Below the pieces are notes generated by a model. That model saw only the letters and a program-made list of their open reading frames with translations, did no database searches and was not told where the DNA came from. A stretch of 49,419 nucleotides of DNA from Candidatus Helarchaeota archaeon (GTDB lineage: Archaea > Asgardarchaeota > Lokiarchaeia > Helarchaeales > RDOG01). Position numbers and translations under genes: made by a program. Below, in pieces: positions 18,517-27,398 of the stretch. How positions within the stretch are numbered: position 1 is the first letter of the stretch; every line of letters starts with the position of its first letter. The stretch spans positions 1 to 49,419 of the forward strand of contig JALGVI010000021.1 in assembly GCA_029838215.1 (NCBI GenBank). The letters are read 5' to 3'.

Positions 18517-21333
18517 GTGATGAAAATGACTCAAGTTGATGAATCGATAGAAAAAATAGAAAAATTCAAGGAATCCTTCCGTAAAAGCCTCGAAAAGTCC
18601 CTTTCTGATTTTAAAAAGAATGTTACCGATTTATTAAATTCACACGATAAGTCAAAACAAAAACTCAAGCTGACATTTGAGAAATCCCTGGACTCCTTGA
18701 TCAAGTCAAATCGAAACATACACGACAAGGAGTTAATGAATTTAGAGGCATTTGATAAACAACTCACTGAGAATTTTACGGATTACATATCTCAATCTTT
18801 TAGTGAACTGGTTGATTTAAAAAATTCCTTCATTTCAAAGCTATCAAATTTCAATGTCAATTTAAAAGGAATCGCAACATCAAAGGTTGAGATGGTCAAT
18901 CAAACTTATGAAAACGTGCTGGATTCCATTCAAAAAACGTTCCAACAATACCTGTCTGAATTTTTGGATAATGTCGAAACTTCTCGAAAAGCATTAATGG
19001 ATGCCCTTGATCATTTGGAATCCGAAACATTTGAGAAAGTATCGGAGCATTTCCAAGAATTGAACGACGTGTATAATGAAAATAAAGATATCCTTAATAA
19101 TTTCATCATGTTAATCTTTAACGAAATAAAGTCAACGACTGGTGCAAGCTTTCAAGTTCTTCAGGAACAAATTAAATTCTTACACGGAAATGCCATCACG
19201 CAATTGGATTTGAATAATAAGTCTTTTGAGGAATACTTTGAAAAAATTCAGTCGGAGTACGAAAATGAAGTAACGACCTTTTCAGAATCGATTTCGGACT
19301 ATTTCGAGAAATTCAAGGCAAAAAAAGAAGAATACGAACACCTGCTCATCGAACAAATAACGACGAACATTGAAGTACACGAAATGGAAACAATCTCAAA
19401 AATCGTTGAAGTCATGAAAATATTTGCATCAAAAAGCAACGAACAATTTAAAAAATTGAATTTGGTCATCCGAGAAAACCTAGAAAAGGCAATCACGGAA
19501 TTTGATGGTGAACTGGCAGAGTTCAATCAAAAAGCAAGAGACTTTTTTGCTCAATTCCTTACCACTCAAGAAGTTAACGTGAAAAACATTAAAAAAATGG
19601 TTGAAGACCGATTAAATGAAATGGTAACGAATCAAGACAAGGTTGTTGACGAATTCAAGGAAACCTATCTAAACGCTCTCGCTCTTCAAGTTAAAGGATA
19701 CACGCAAGAAACCGAAAAATATTTGAAAACAACCGCTGACCTTCTTCAAGCCCACAAGACAGAACTGGGAAACATCGATAAGGAAAATCAACGCGTCCTA
19801 CAAGGACTGATGGACTTATTTTCTGCTTCGGAAGAAAAACTAAAAAAAATTCATGAAACAGGAACCTTCAATATTTCAACCGATGCGGATTTCAAGAAGG
19901 TCGTGAAGACCGTTCTCAATACGATTTCAAAAATCAGGGACGAAAGTGAAACACTTCGCATGCAGCTCGATGTAAATAACCAAAGAGCCACGAAACTGGC
20001 GGCAAAAAATAACAATACAATGGTAAACATATTGATCAAAAACAATAAAGCACTTGAAAACGGGATAAAAGACATACAAAAAGCATTAGACAAAAAAATT
20101 GAGGCATTCTTGAAAGATTTTAACTCCAACATAAATGACCTGAAATCCCAAGGTGATTTGTTCGGCAGCCTTGACGTTCAAATAAAAGCATTCGATTCCT
20201 CAATCGATATCTTTTCCGAGCAATTCATGGAGATCAGGACAAAATATAATGAAAAGTTCACGAAAATAATGAAAAAACTCATCAAACAAAATAACGGAGC
20301 GGTCGCAACATACGAAAAAATTATGAAAGAGAACATGGTGGCATTTTATAACAATTATCAGCATTATTTGATTTCCAATATCGAAAGAATCAAATTGATT
20401 GCCACGGAAATCATCACGGAAAGCCCAAAAATAACACCATTCACGCTTCCTGAAGTCGATGAGATCTTTGAGCAGGTTTTTACGATTTTCGGCGAATATT
20501 TGAAGAAATCTCATGATGAAAATGAAAAAATCATCAAGAAGCATAAAAGCAAATTCCTCAAATCTTTAAACTCCATCGAAAAAGGTGTCCTGACAAAGAC
20601 ATCTCAATTCCAAGAACATCTAAAATCCTTGTTTGAAGCAACTCAAACTGAACATGCCAACCTGATGACAAATCTAGGGGAATCCTATGAAGCCCAATTC
20701 TCCGAATTCGAAGACCGAATTACCCAAGACCTCATCTCCCTGAAAAATGCCAATCAAGAAATCATCAGCAAGATCATGATAAAATCCGCTGAAACATCCA
20801 ACAAATTCTTCGAAAGCGCAGAAGAAAACTCCAGAGAAACAAGACTTATCATTAACTCTTTTCTCACGCAATTCAATAGAATGATCTCCGATTTCAATTC
20901 CAGCTTCAACCGAATGGTCGATGAAATCAAAGACATCATCATCTCCAAGATCTCGAAAGATAGCGAGCTCCTATTCAACGAACACTCCACGCTCCCACCT
21001 TCAATCGTCAGCGAATACGATGCCGGGTTGGAAAACTTTCAAGTCATGCTCGATAACTTTTTTCAAGACCACCAAGAGAAATTAAACTCATTCAAGGAAG
21101 ACATTTCCAAAAGCATCCGCTCGAGCGTGAAAAAACACCTGAATGCAATTTTAAAAAACGTCACCGAATCCGATGAAATCAACAAATTCATTAACAATTC
21201 CATCAAGGAACTTGATCAAAACATCAAAAAATACTCGGAAATACTCGACAACAGCATCACGACATTCAAAAAAATATTCAAGAAATTGGCTGACAAAAAC
21301 CCAAAACTCGAATCCATTATTGATTCCATGTGA
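18517..21333 (+). CDS. Long all-alpha, coiled-coil or apolipoprotein-like hypothetical protein (938 aa)
   Basis: Rich in E/K/F/L/I/N and nearly free of Pro/Gly/Cys, with no TM segment or catalytic motif. Starts 7 nt after the VWA gene (GTG 18517 or ATG 18520). Confidence 0.8.
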   Translation: MMKMTQVDESIEKIEKFKESFRKSLEKSLSDFKKNVTDLLNSHDKSKQKLKLTFEKSLDSLIKSNRNIHDKELMNLEAFDKQLTENFTDYISQSFSELVDLKNSFISKLSNFNVNLKGIATSKVEMVNQTYENVLDSIQKTFQQYLSEFLDNVETSRKALMDALDHLESETFEKVSEHFQELNDVYNENKDILNNFIMLIFNEIKSTTGASFQVLQEQIKFLHGNAITQLDLNNKSFEEYFEKIQSEYENEVTTFSESISDYFEKFKAKKEEYEHLLIEQITTNIEVHEMETISKIVEVMKIFASKSNEQFKKLNLVIRENLEKAITEFDGELAEFNQKARDFFAQFLTTQEVNVKNIKKMVEDRLNEMVTNQDKVVDEFKETYLNALALQVKGYTQETEKYLKTTADLLQAHKTELGNIDKENQRVLQGLMDLFSASEEKLKKIHETGTFNISTDADFKKVVKTVLNTISKIRDESETLRMQLDVNNQRATKLAAKNNNTMVNILIKNNKALENGIKDIQKALDKKIEAFLKDFNSNINDLKSQGDLFGSLDVQIKAFDSSIDIFSEQFMEIRTKYNEKFTKIMKKLIKQNNGAVATYEKIMKENMVAFYNNYQHYLISNIERIKLIATEIITESPKITPFTLPEVDEIFEQVFTIFGEYLKKSHDENEKIIKKHKSKFLKSLNSIEKGVLTKTSQFQEHLKSLFEATQTEHANLMTNLGESYEAQFSEFEDRITQDLISLKNANQEIISKIMIKSAETSNKFFESAEENSRETRLIINSFLTQFNRMISDFNSSFNRMVDEIKDIIISKISKDSELLFNEHSTLPPSIVSEYDAGLENFQVMLDNFFQDHQEKLNSFKEDISKSIRSSVKKHLNAILKNVTESDEINKFINNSIKELDQNIKKYSEILDNSITTFKKIFKKLADKNPKLESIIDSM

Positions 21334-21508
21334 ATTAAAAATTCACGGATTTTAAGTTGGAATTTCCTTCTTGGACTGGTCTTCGGCTTACCAACTATTA
21401 GCTGGTCGTATAATTTCATTTAAATATGAAAACTCATATTTGCCAATCAGAATTAAGGACTTAATTCGTCCATGTAATTTCAAGCAACTTCAGATTTAGG
21501 CGTTTTTT

Positions 21509-22324
21509 ATGATTCAATCTCTGTGGGTTGTGGAAGCAAAGAGCGCTCGAAGTATCTTTAATAAGAGTTATTTGGAAGAGGCAATTGATCCCGATCTGTT
21601 ATCAAGTTTCTTGACCGCTCTTCATCAGATATCAATGACATTATCTCGAAAAAAGGGCGTTGGCATTGAAAACATTGACATGGCCGGTTTTCGATGGGTC
21701 TATGAAGTAAAGAATGATCTCATTTTCATCATCGTGGCAAATAAAAAAGATGATTCACGTATTTTGAAGAAGCAAATAAACATCATAGTTGATCTGTTTT
21801 ACGATGAATTTAAATTCTTGAACAAAAAAGATTTTTTTAAGAAATGGAATGGGCGCCGTGATAAGTTCAATAGTTTTGAGCCGATACTTAACCATTTGAT
21901 GGATCAATGGTATTCTGCGGAGAAAATCACGCACTCTGCTCGCCTACTTGATCTTCTTGACGTGTACCAACAGGTTTTTGATGCGTATAAAGCCCATCTA
22001 GCCAAGAATAATGAACGAGAGTTCGTCTATGATAAGCTCAAGGCATTGATAAAGAAATTGGCTCCTTGTTTCGAGCAAGTTACATTTCGCAAAAAAATGA
22101 TTGATCTCTTGGAAATTGACGTCATCACGGAATCCATTGATGAAATTGAATTGAGACTGGGTCTAAAGAAACTTTTCGAGGAATATGTTGCCTGCTGGGA
22201 TAAAGTTCTTACAAAAAAAGAATTGGAGCCCATTCATAAAAAAATACAGAGATATATAAAGGATGATTGGGATAGGATTGAGCACCTAAATCTGTCAAAG
22301 TTTTTCCTAACGCATTTTCTTTAA
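21509..22324 (+). CDS. Longin-like N-terminal domain plus helical C-terminal region
   Basis: MIQSLWVV...SIFNKSY...DPDLLSSFLTALHQIS...IENIDMAGFRWVYEVKNDLIFIIVANKKD follows the beta-beta-alpha-beta-beta-beta-alpha longin pattern common in Asgard proteins. Confidence 0.65.
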   Translation: MIQSLWVVEAKSARSIFNKSYLEEAIDPDLLSSFLTALHQISMTLSRKKGVGIENIDMAGFRWVYEVKNDLIFIIVANKKDDSRILKKQINIIVDLFYDEFKFLNKKDFFKKWNGRRDKFNSFEPILNHLMDQWYSAEKITHSARLLDLLDVYQQVFDAYKAHLAKNNEREFVYDKLKALIKKLAPCFEQVTFRKKMIDLLEIDVITESIDEIELRLGLKKLFEEYVACWDKVLTKKELEPIHKKIQRYIKDDWDRIEHLNLSKFFLTHFL

Positions 22325-22340
22325 TGCTGTTCCTTCCGTT

Positions 22341-23183
22341 CTATTTATTTTCGGGCGAAAATCCTTTCTTCTTCATCAGTTCCGTCATGTGAGATGCCTG
22401 CCAATTCCAATCACATTCAATTGCGTTTTCCGGACATAACATCTCGCAGAGATAACAGCGATCGCACTTCTTGGTCCATTTAGGAAAAGAATCCAATACA
22501 ATGCAGTCCACGGGGCAAATTTTTTCACAGGTCCCGCATTGAGTGCATTTTTCTTCATTTACTTTAAACTTTGGGTATGTCTTATTAATGAACTCGAAGG
22601 TTTGGACTTCGGCATAGAAGGAATTTTTCTTTCGGAAGTCATCTTTTTCTGGTGTGGAAGGGTCCGATGCCTTGTCGACCAATTGCATTCCCCACTTCTT
22701 GGCATTTTCCAATTCTTCGTCCGTGGGATGCCCAACGCTTGGAGGATATACTCCACCGAAATCCCTGTATAATGGATGACGATCAAGTCCGATGAAAGAA
22801 TCATTTCCATCGATGATTTTCAATCCTTTTGCATTGACAACTTCCTTGATTTGATATAAGGTTGAACCTGGATTGCCCCCACTGGTGCAGAATAAAAAAC
22901 CCAACTTTCCTTCCAAAGAAGGCAAGACATCTAAAATATCAAAAAGATGGTATGGAGGGTGAAAATAATAAACCGGTGTCCCGATTCCGATCAAATCGAA
23001 TCGTGAAAAATCAAACTTCTTGAGAAAATCAATGTCCTTGTCCTTTTTCCTCAGCCTTACGAGCTCGCATTTTGATCCTTTCTGCTCTATTCCTTCAGCT
23101 ATCTTCTCGGAATATTTTCTCGTGTTTGAAGTTTGTGAAAAATACAAGATGACTGCATTTATCGTGATTAAAAGTCCCACCAT
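22341..23183 (-). CDS. Flavodoxin fused to a 2x[4Fe-4S] ferredoxin domain (EFR1-like)
   Basis: YFSQTSNT, GTPVY and FCTSGG flavodoxin motifs; CTQCGTCEKICP and CDRCYLCEMLCP cluster motifs. Confidence 0.85.
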   Translation of the reverse strand: MVGLLITINAVILYFSQTSNTRKYSEKIAEGIEQKGSKCELVRLRKKDKDIDFLKKFDFSRFDLIGIGTPVYYFHPPYHLFDILDVLPSLEGKLGFLFCTSGGNPGSTLYQIKEVVNAKGLKIIDGNDSFIGLDRHPLYRDFGGVYPPSVGHPTDEELENAKKWGMQLVDKASDPSTPEKDDFRKKNSFYAEVQTFEFINKTYPKFKVNEEKCTQCGTCEKICPVDCIVLDSFPKWTKKCDRCYLCEMLCPENAIECDWNWQASHMTELMKKKGFSPENK

Positions 23184-23337
23184 TAACTGTTTTTTTCTAA
23201 TTCATTCATTTTTCATGGTTTGAAGCACTCAAGGTGTTTCCAAACAGGATGTTCATTTTTAAACCATCAAGACATTACATATTTAAGAATTTTCTCTAAA
23301 TTATCACAAAAAAGCGTGACTCGTTGGAGTAGGTATA

Positions 23338-24159
23338 TTGCCCAAGAAGATCAAATCCCAAGCAATAGAAGAGTTGGGTCTGAGTTCTGATAGTGAAAAA
23401 TTTTATCTGAAACCTCCGTATCTCGTTCTAATTGATGCCGACTTATTAAAGCGGACAAAGAATCCCTGGCGAATTGATTTAAAAACGTTGCTTCCCGACT
23501 TTTTCGATAGAATGATGGAGACAGAAATTGGAAGCAGATATTTTCGGATAATGGGAAAGGCTCTTCAGACATCCGCTCAGATCTATAAAGCTAAAGTATG
23601 GCATCTATTTGAATCGGAAAAAAAGGAAAAAGAACGGAGAGAATTGGAGCGAAAGAAACGGGAAAGCAAGGAACTCCCGAGCCTTCAAGTTCCTGTTCGG
23701 CACGTTTCTGAAACCATGAGCAAGGGCGAGCTCATGGATGAATTGATTGAAGTTCTTCTCGCCGAAAAGAAACGAACCGAACGCCGGCTCAAGCGTCAAC
23801 AAAAAGAAAAGGAAAAAAAATTGCGAAAGACGCAAAGAAAGCGTCGAGTACCCCTTGTTGATGTCATGACCAAGGAAGACTTTGCGTATGAAGTTGACTC
23901 TGAACGAATGAACGTCCAAGAACGAAATAGGCAAGTTTACGAAGTTGCACTGAAGCTCATCAAAGAATCTGAAGAAAATGAAATCCGGTTTGAAGAACTC
24001 CTCAAGGCAATGTCAAAATTGATCAAGGATGTCAGGGTTCAGGTCGCACGCGTCCTTCTTGCAGTTCTGTTTCTCATTGCTGATGGAATGCTTTATGCAG
24101 AACAGGAAGTCGAAACAAAAAGAATTTGGATCATGGAAAAACCTCCTGTAGAAACTTGA
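23338..24159 (+). CDS. scpA: Segregation and condensation protein A (kleisin)
   Basis: N-terminal NPWRIDLKTL motif; C-terminal winged-helix-like RFEELL...VLLAVLFLIADG...EQE...RIWI; linked to scpB and smc. TTG start. Confidence 0.8.
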   Translation: MPKKIKSQAIEELGLSSDSEKFYLKPPYLVLIDADLLKRTKNPWRIDLKTLLPDFFDRMMETEIGSRYFRIMGKALQTSAQIYKAKVWHLFESEKKEKERRELERKKRESKELPSLQVPVRHVSETMSKGELMDELIEVLLAEKKRTERRLKRQQKEKEKKLRKTQRKRRVPLVDVMTKEDFAYEVDSERMNVQERNRQVYEVALKLIKESEENEIRFEELLKAMSKLIKDVRVQVARVLLAVLFLIADGMLYAEQEVETKRIWIMEKPPVET

Positions 24160-24184
24160 TCACGTAAAAAGAGGATATTTCATC

Positions 24185-25105
24185 ATGAAGAAAGATCCCG
24201 TTCAATTAGTTGAAGCCGCACTTTTTATTTCAGGACGTCCCGTCGCTCTTGAGAAACTAAAGAATCTCACGGAAGCCGATAAGCCTGAGACCGTCTTACA
24301 ATATGTTGAAACGTTACGGGAAAAATTGGAACAACGTAAAAGTTATTTAGAGGTTGCCCTGCTTCCAGATGATGAATTTTTAATGAGGGTAAAGCCCGAC
24401 AAGAAGGATGAGATTGCGGGCGTTAAGGTCAAGAAATCTCTCTCCGAGAATCTTCTAAAAGTGCTCTCTTACATTGCCATCAAGCAACCCATGAAACTCA
24501 CGGAATTAAAAAAAGCATTTCGGGGACAAAAAACGGTTGAAGCCGTGAATTCTTTGGAAAAACAGGGTTTTATTAAGGTGCAAGCCATCAAACGCTCTAA
24601 ATATTTGACCACGACCGCCCATTTCGCAAATGTTTATAACATCGATCCTGATGACGTCAAGGGATCTCTCATGAAAACGTTAAAAGCGCGCATGGCTGAA
24701 CGTTTAACGGCTTCATTAAAGGAAGAGCCTGAAGATCAAAGGAAGAAGAAAAAGAAAATGACCGTAGAGGAAAAGCAACAAATCGAAGCTCGATATAAAG
24801 CGTTAATGGAAAGACTCGAACGTGAACGTGAAGAAGAGCGTCTAAGACAGGAGGAATTGGCCCGTCAAAAAGCGGAAGAAGAAGCATTGAAAACCCGCGT
24901 GGAAGAGGACCCTCTCGCAGGCATGATAAAAGCCACTTCCATTCCGACTACCCCTGAAGAAATCAAAAAGCACGAAGAAGAGCTATTTAATGAACAATAT
25001 AGGGAAGAGCTAAAAGCGCGTTTAAAAGCTGGCGTGAAAGAAGAGAGCGAAGAAGAAAAAGAGAGCCCTGAAGCTCCAGACGAGAAAAAAGCTGAAAAAT
25101 CCTGA
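24185..25105 (+). CDS. scpB: ScpB-like kite protein, paralogue 1, with a charged C-terminal extension
   Basis: LVEAALFISGRPV; LKVLSYIAIKQPMKLTEL; LEKQGFI; YLTTTAHFANVY are ScpB tandem winged-helix motifs. Confidence 0.85.
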   Translation: MKKDPVQLVEAALFISGRPVALEKLKNLTEADKPETVLQYVETLREKLEQRKSYLEVALLPDDEFLMRVKPDKKDEIAGVKVKKSLSENLLKVLSYIAIKQPMKLTELKKAFRGQKTVEAVNSLEKQGFIKVQAIKRSKYLTTTAHFANVYNIDPDDVKGSLMKTLKARMAERLTASLKEEPEDQRKKKKKMTVEEKQQIEARYKALMERLEREREEERLRQEELARQKAEEEALKTRVEEDPLAGMIKATSIPTTPEEIKKHEEELFNEQYREELKARLKAGVKEESEEEKESPEAPDEKKAEKS

Positions 25106-25106
25106 A

Positions 25107-26069
25107 TTATTTTTTAAGTTGACTTCGCAAGTATTGCTCAAGCGTTCCGGGATCTCCCGGCAAATCCGCATCGACCGCCTGAAACTTCTTCAAGATCTTT
25201 GTAACCAATTTTTCACGGTCCATGATTTTTGAAATGCTGTCAAATCCGTCTCGAATAAAAAATCTAGGGCGACCGCGACGTTTCAATGGCTTCAGAATGA
25301 GATCCGTCACTTTTTTAGCAATCCACGTTTCAAGGTCATCTTTCTCCTGCGCGATGTCTTTTGTTGTTTTTCCCGCATATTCTCCTTCCCATTGTAGAGT
25401 CACGAAGTCTCCATTAATGAAAATCTTATAATTGTCGTCAAAGATTATGTCTGCGTCTTCTTCTGGTCTTAATTGGCTTAGTATTTTTTGAGAATCCTTT
25501 TTTAATTTATCCAACCAAGATTCCTTGACTTTGAATGGAAATTGGTCCAATTTAATTTCGCCTTTTTCATGAAGGATCAAAAAAAGCACGATTTGATGCC
25601 TGCAAATGCCTTCGTTCTCGCCAATTCGGCAAGTGCATTCCGATTCAATTGCTTCATCTTCGACCTGAATTGAAGCCTCATTATCCCATTGAAAACCCTT
25701 GATTTCTATTTGATAGCCCTTTGGCTCGATTTTTTTTGTCTTGATAACTTTCTCGCGTTTGTCTTCGCCAAGCATTAGCGAGATGGCAGCTTGAATTAGG
25801 TCTTTGGCGAATTCGGGAGCAAGTTTTTCGTATAATTTTTCTTTTTCATCTTCGGATAAGAATGAGCTGATGAAATCAACGAGTTCATCTTTTTTTAATT
25901 TTGAATAGCCTTTCATCTTGTCTTCCTTGCGACCTTCTCGAATGCACTCGTCATTATAATCTTTTATGAGTTGCTTGAGACGTGCTCCACTCATTGATTT
26001 CAGGAGCCTTTGAAATTGTTCTTCGCTCATTTTATTCATTCCTCGAAATAAGATCATGGAAAACCGCAA
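25107..26069 (-). CDS. SWIM Zn-finger protein with an N-terminal Rho-N/HeH-like motif
   Basis: CTC-x8-CRH (ESECTCRIGENEGICRHQIVLFL); N-terminal LKQLIK...MKGYSKLKKDELVDFI. True start probably at MSEEQF. Confidence 0.7.
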   Translation of the reverse strand: MRFSMILFRGMNKMSEEQFQRLLKSMSGARLKQLIKDYNDECIREGRKEDKMKGYSKLKKDELVDFISSFLSEDEKEKLYEKLAPEFAKDLIQAAISLMLGEDKREKVIKTKKIEPKGYQIEIKGFQWDNEASIQVEDEAIESECTCRIGENEGICRHQIVLFLILHEKGEIKLDQFPFKVKESWLDKLKKDSQKILSQLRPEEDADIIFDDNYKIFINGDFVTLQWEGEYAGKTTKDIAQEKDDLETWIAKKVTDLILKPLKRRGRPRFFIRDGFDSISKIMDREKLVTKILKKFQAVDADLPGDPGTLEQYLRSQLKK

Positions 26070-26092
26070 GTAGAAAAAGGAGTTTGGATAAA

Positions 26093-27271
26093 TTAGAAGA
26101 AGTTTTGTATCCAGGGTTCCATCTCGTTGATTAAAGTTTCTTTAGACAGAATGTCTGGTTGAGCCTTTGAAGTCCACGCAAGGAAGAACTTATCTTTCTT
26201 CTTAATTTCAATCCTTTCAAGAATGCAATATGTCTGATCCTTTAGCATCAGGACTATTTTCATTGCATTCTCCGGAAATACGTTTAGTTCTTCACCCAAG
26301 ATTATGTTGAATGCGAAATTCTTCATTAAATCCTTTGATTTTCCTTCCCCATCTTCTGCCAAGCAGATTCCCGTCCCGTTGAAAAATGCAATGTAACTCG
26401 CTTCAATTTTTTTCTTGAAGTTACCGAGGATTTTTTGAATGATGACATTTACGGGTGAAATCTCGCGGAAACCCTCGCTGAACGCCGAGAAAAGTGAGTT
26501 AAAATCAAAGACGCTCGTCGTGTGAGTGGAGAACCTCACGTCTCCCAAGACCTTCTTCAATTCCGGTAAGATGGATTGTTTCATCTTTGCTTGGTCCTTT
26601 GGATTGACCAAATCGGATTTATGCAAGCAAATAACCGTGACGGGCGTTTCTTCCAAATACTTGTAGATCTCACCGATTTTCGCCAAATAGTCGAGTGATT
26701 CTTGAATTCGTTTTTTTGCACTAATGTCAATCACGTAAACGAATAGATCAGTTTCCCCAAAGTTCTGTTCCGGGTTTGCTATGTATTGATTTCGATATAA
26801 CTCCTGCCCTCCAAAATCGAAAAACGTCAAGGAATATCCGAATAAATCGAAATTTTCATAAACTAATCCGAGCGTGGGTTTTTCATCTTTTGTTTCCTCG
26901 GTCGGGTTCATCAATTTGTGAATGATGCTACTCTTACCCGCGGCATCCAACCCCGCAACGACAAGTTTTTTTTCCTCTGAATGTTTCCCTTCTACAAAAT
27001 CTTTAATGATGCGTGCAGCAGTAACGAATTTTTCCATTGTTAATAGATCTAAGGTTGATTCCACGTCCTTCTTTTTTCCTTTTTTTGGAATGAAATCATC
27101 AACATTTTCAACCTTGATCAAATCTGAGATTTTTTTGATGCCTTTTTCTTCTAATTCTTTTGCTGTTGCCCCTGAACAGTCTTTTAAAGCTGACACTTCA
27201 AGATTCAAGAGCGTTTTTGGATCTTTTGGAAGGGATTTCACGTTTAACAATAATTTAATTTTAGAACTCAT
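26093..27271 (-). CDS. Rag/Arf-like small GTPase with an N-terminal RadA-like HhH domain and a C-terminal roadblock/longin-like domain
   Basis: G1 GLDAAGKS, G2 KPTLG, G3 DFGGQ, G4 HKSD, G5 TSVFD. N-terminus SALKDCSGATAKELEEKGIKKISDL; C-terminus YIAFFNGTGICLAE. Confidence 0.85.
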   Translation of the reverse strand: MSSKIKLLLNVKSLPKDPKTLLNLEVSALKDCSGATAKELEEKGIKKISDLIKVENVDDFIPKKGKKKDVESTLDLLTMEKFVTAARIIKDFVEGKHSEEKKLVVAGLDAAGKSSIIHKLMNPTEETKDEKPTLGLVYENFDLFGYSLTFFDFGGQELYRNQYIANPEQNFGETDLFVYVIDISAKKRIQESLDYLAKIGEIYKYLEETPVTVICLHKSDLVNPKDQAKMKQSILPELKKVLGDVRFSTHTTSVFDFNSLFSAFSEGFREISPVNVIIQKILGNFKKKIEASYIAFFNGTGICLAEDGEGKSKDLMKNFAFNIILGEELNVFPENAMKIVLMLKDQTYCILERIEIKKKDKFFLAWTSKAQPDILSKETLINEMEPWIQNFF

Positions 27272-27398
27272 GTCTTACATCTTCCTGCCATTCCTTTTCC
27301 ACTGATATTTAAGCTTGTAAAAAACGCATCAGTTTTTAATAAATCTTAATAGTTATTCTTTTTAAAATTTTTAATGTATAAACTTTTAGTGATTTTTC

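Noticed and set aside
27272-27398. TATA-like boxes in the divergent intergenic region between the GTPase and scpB2
   Set aside because: The region is so AT-rich that several candidates fit equally well; no single TATA/BRE could be placed with confidence.
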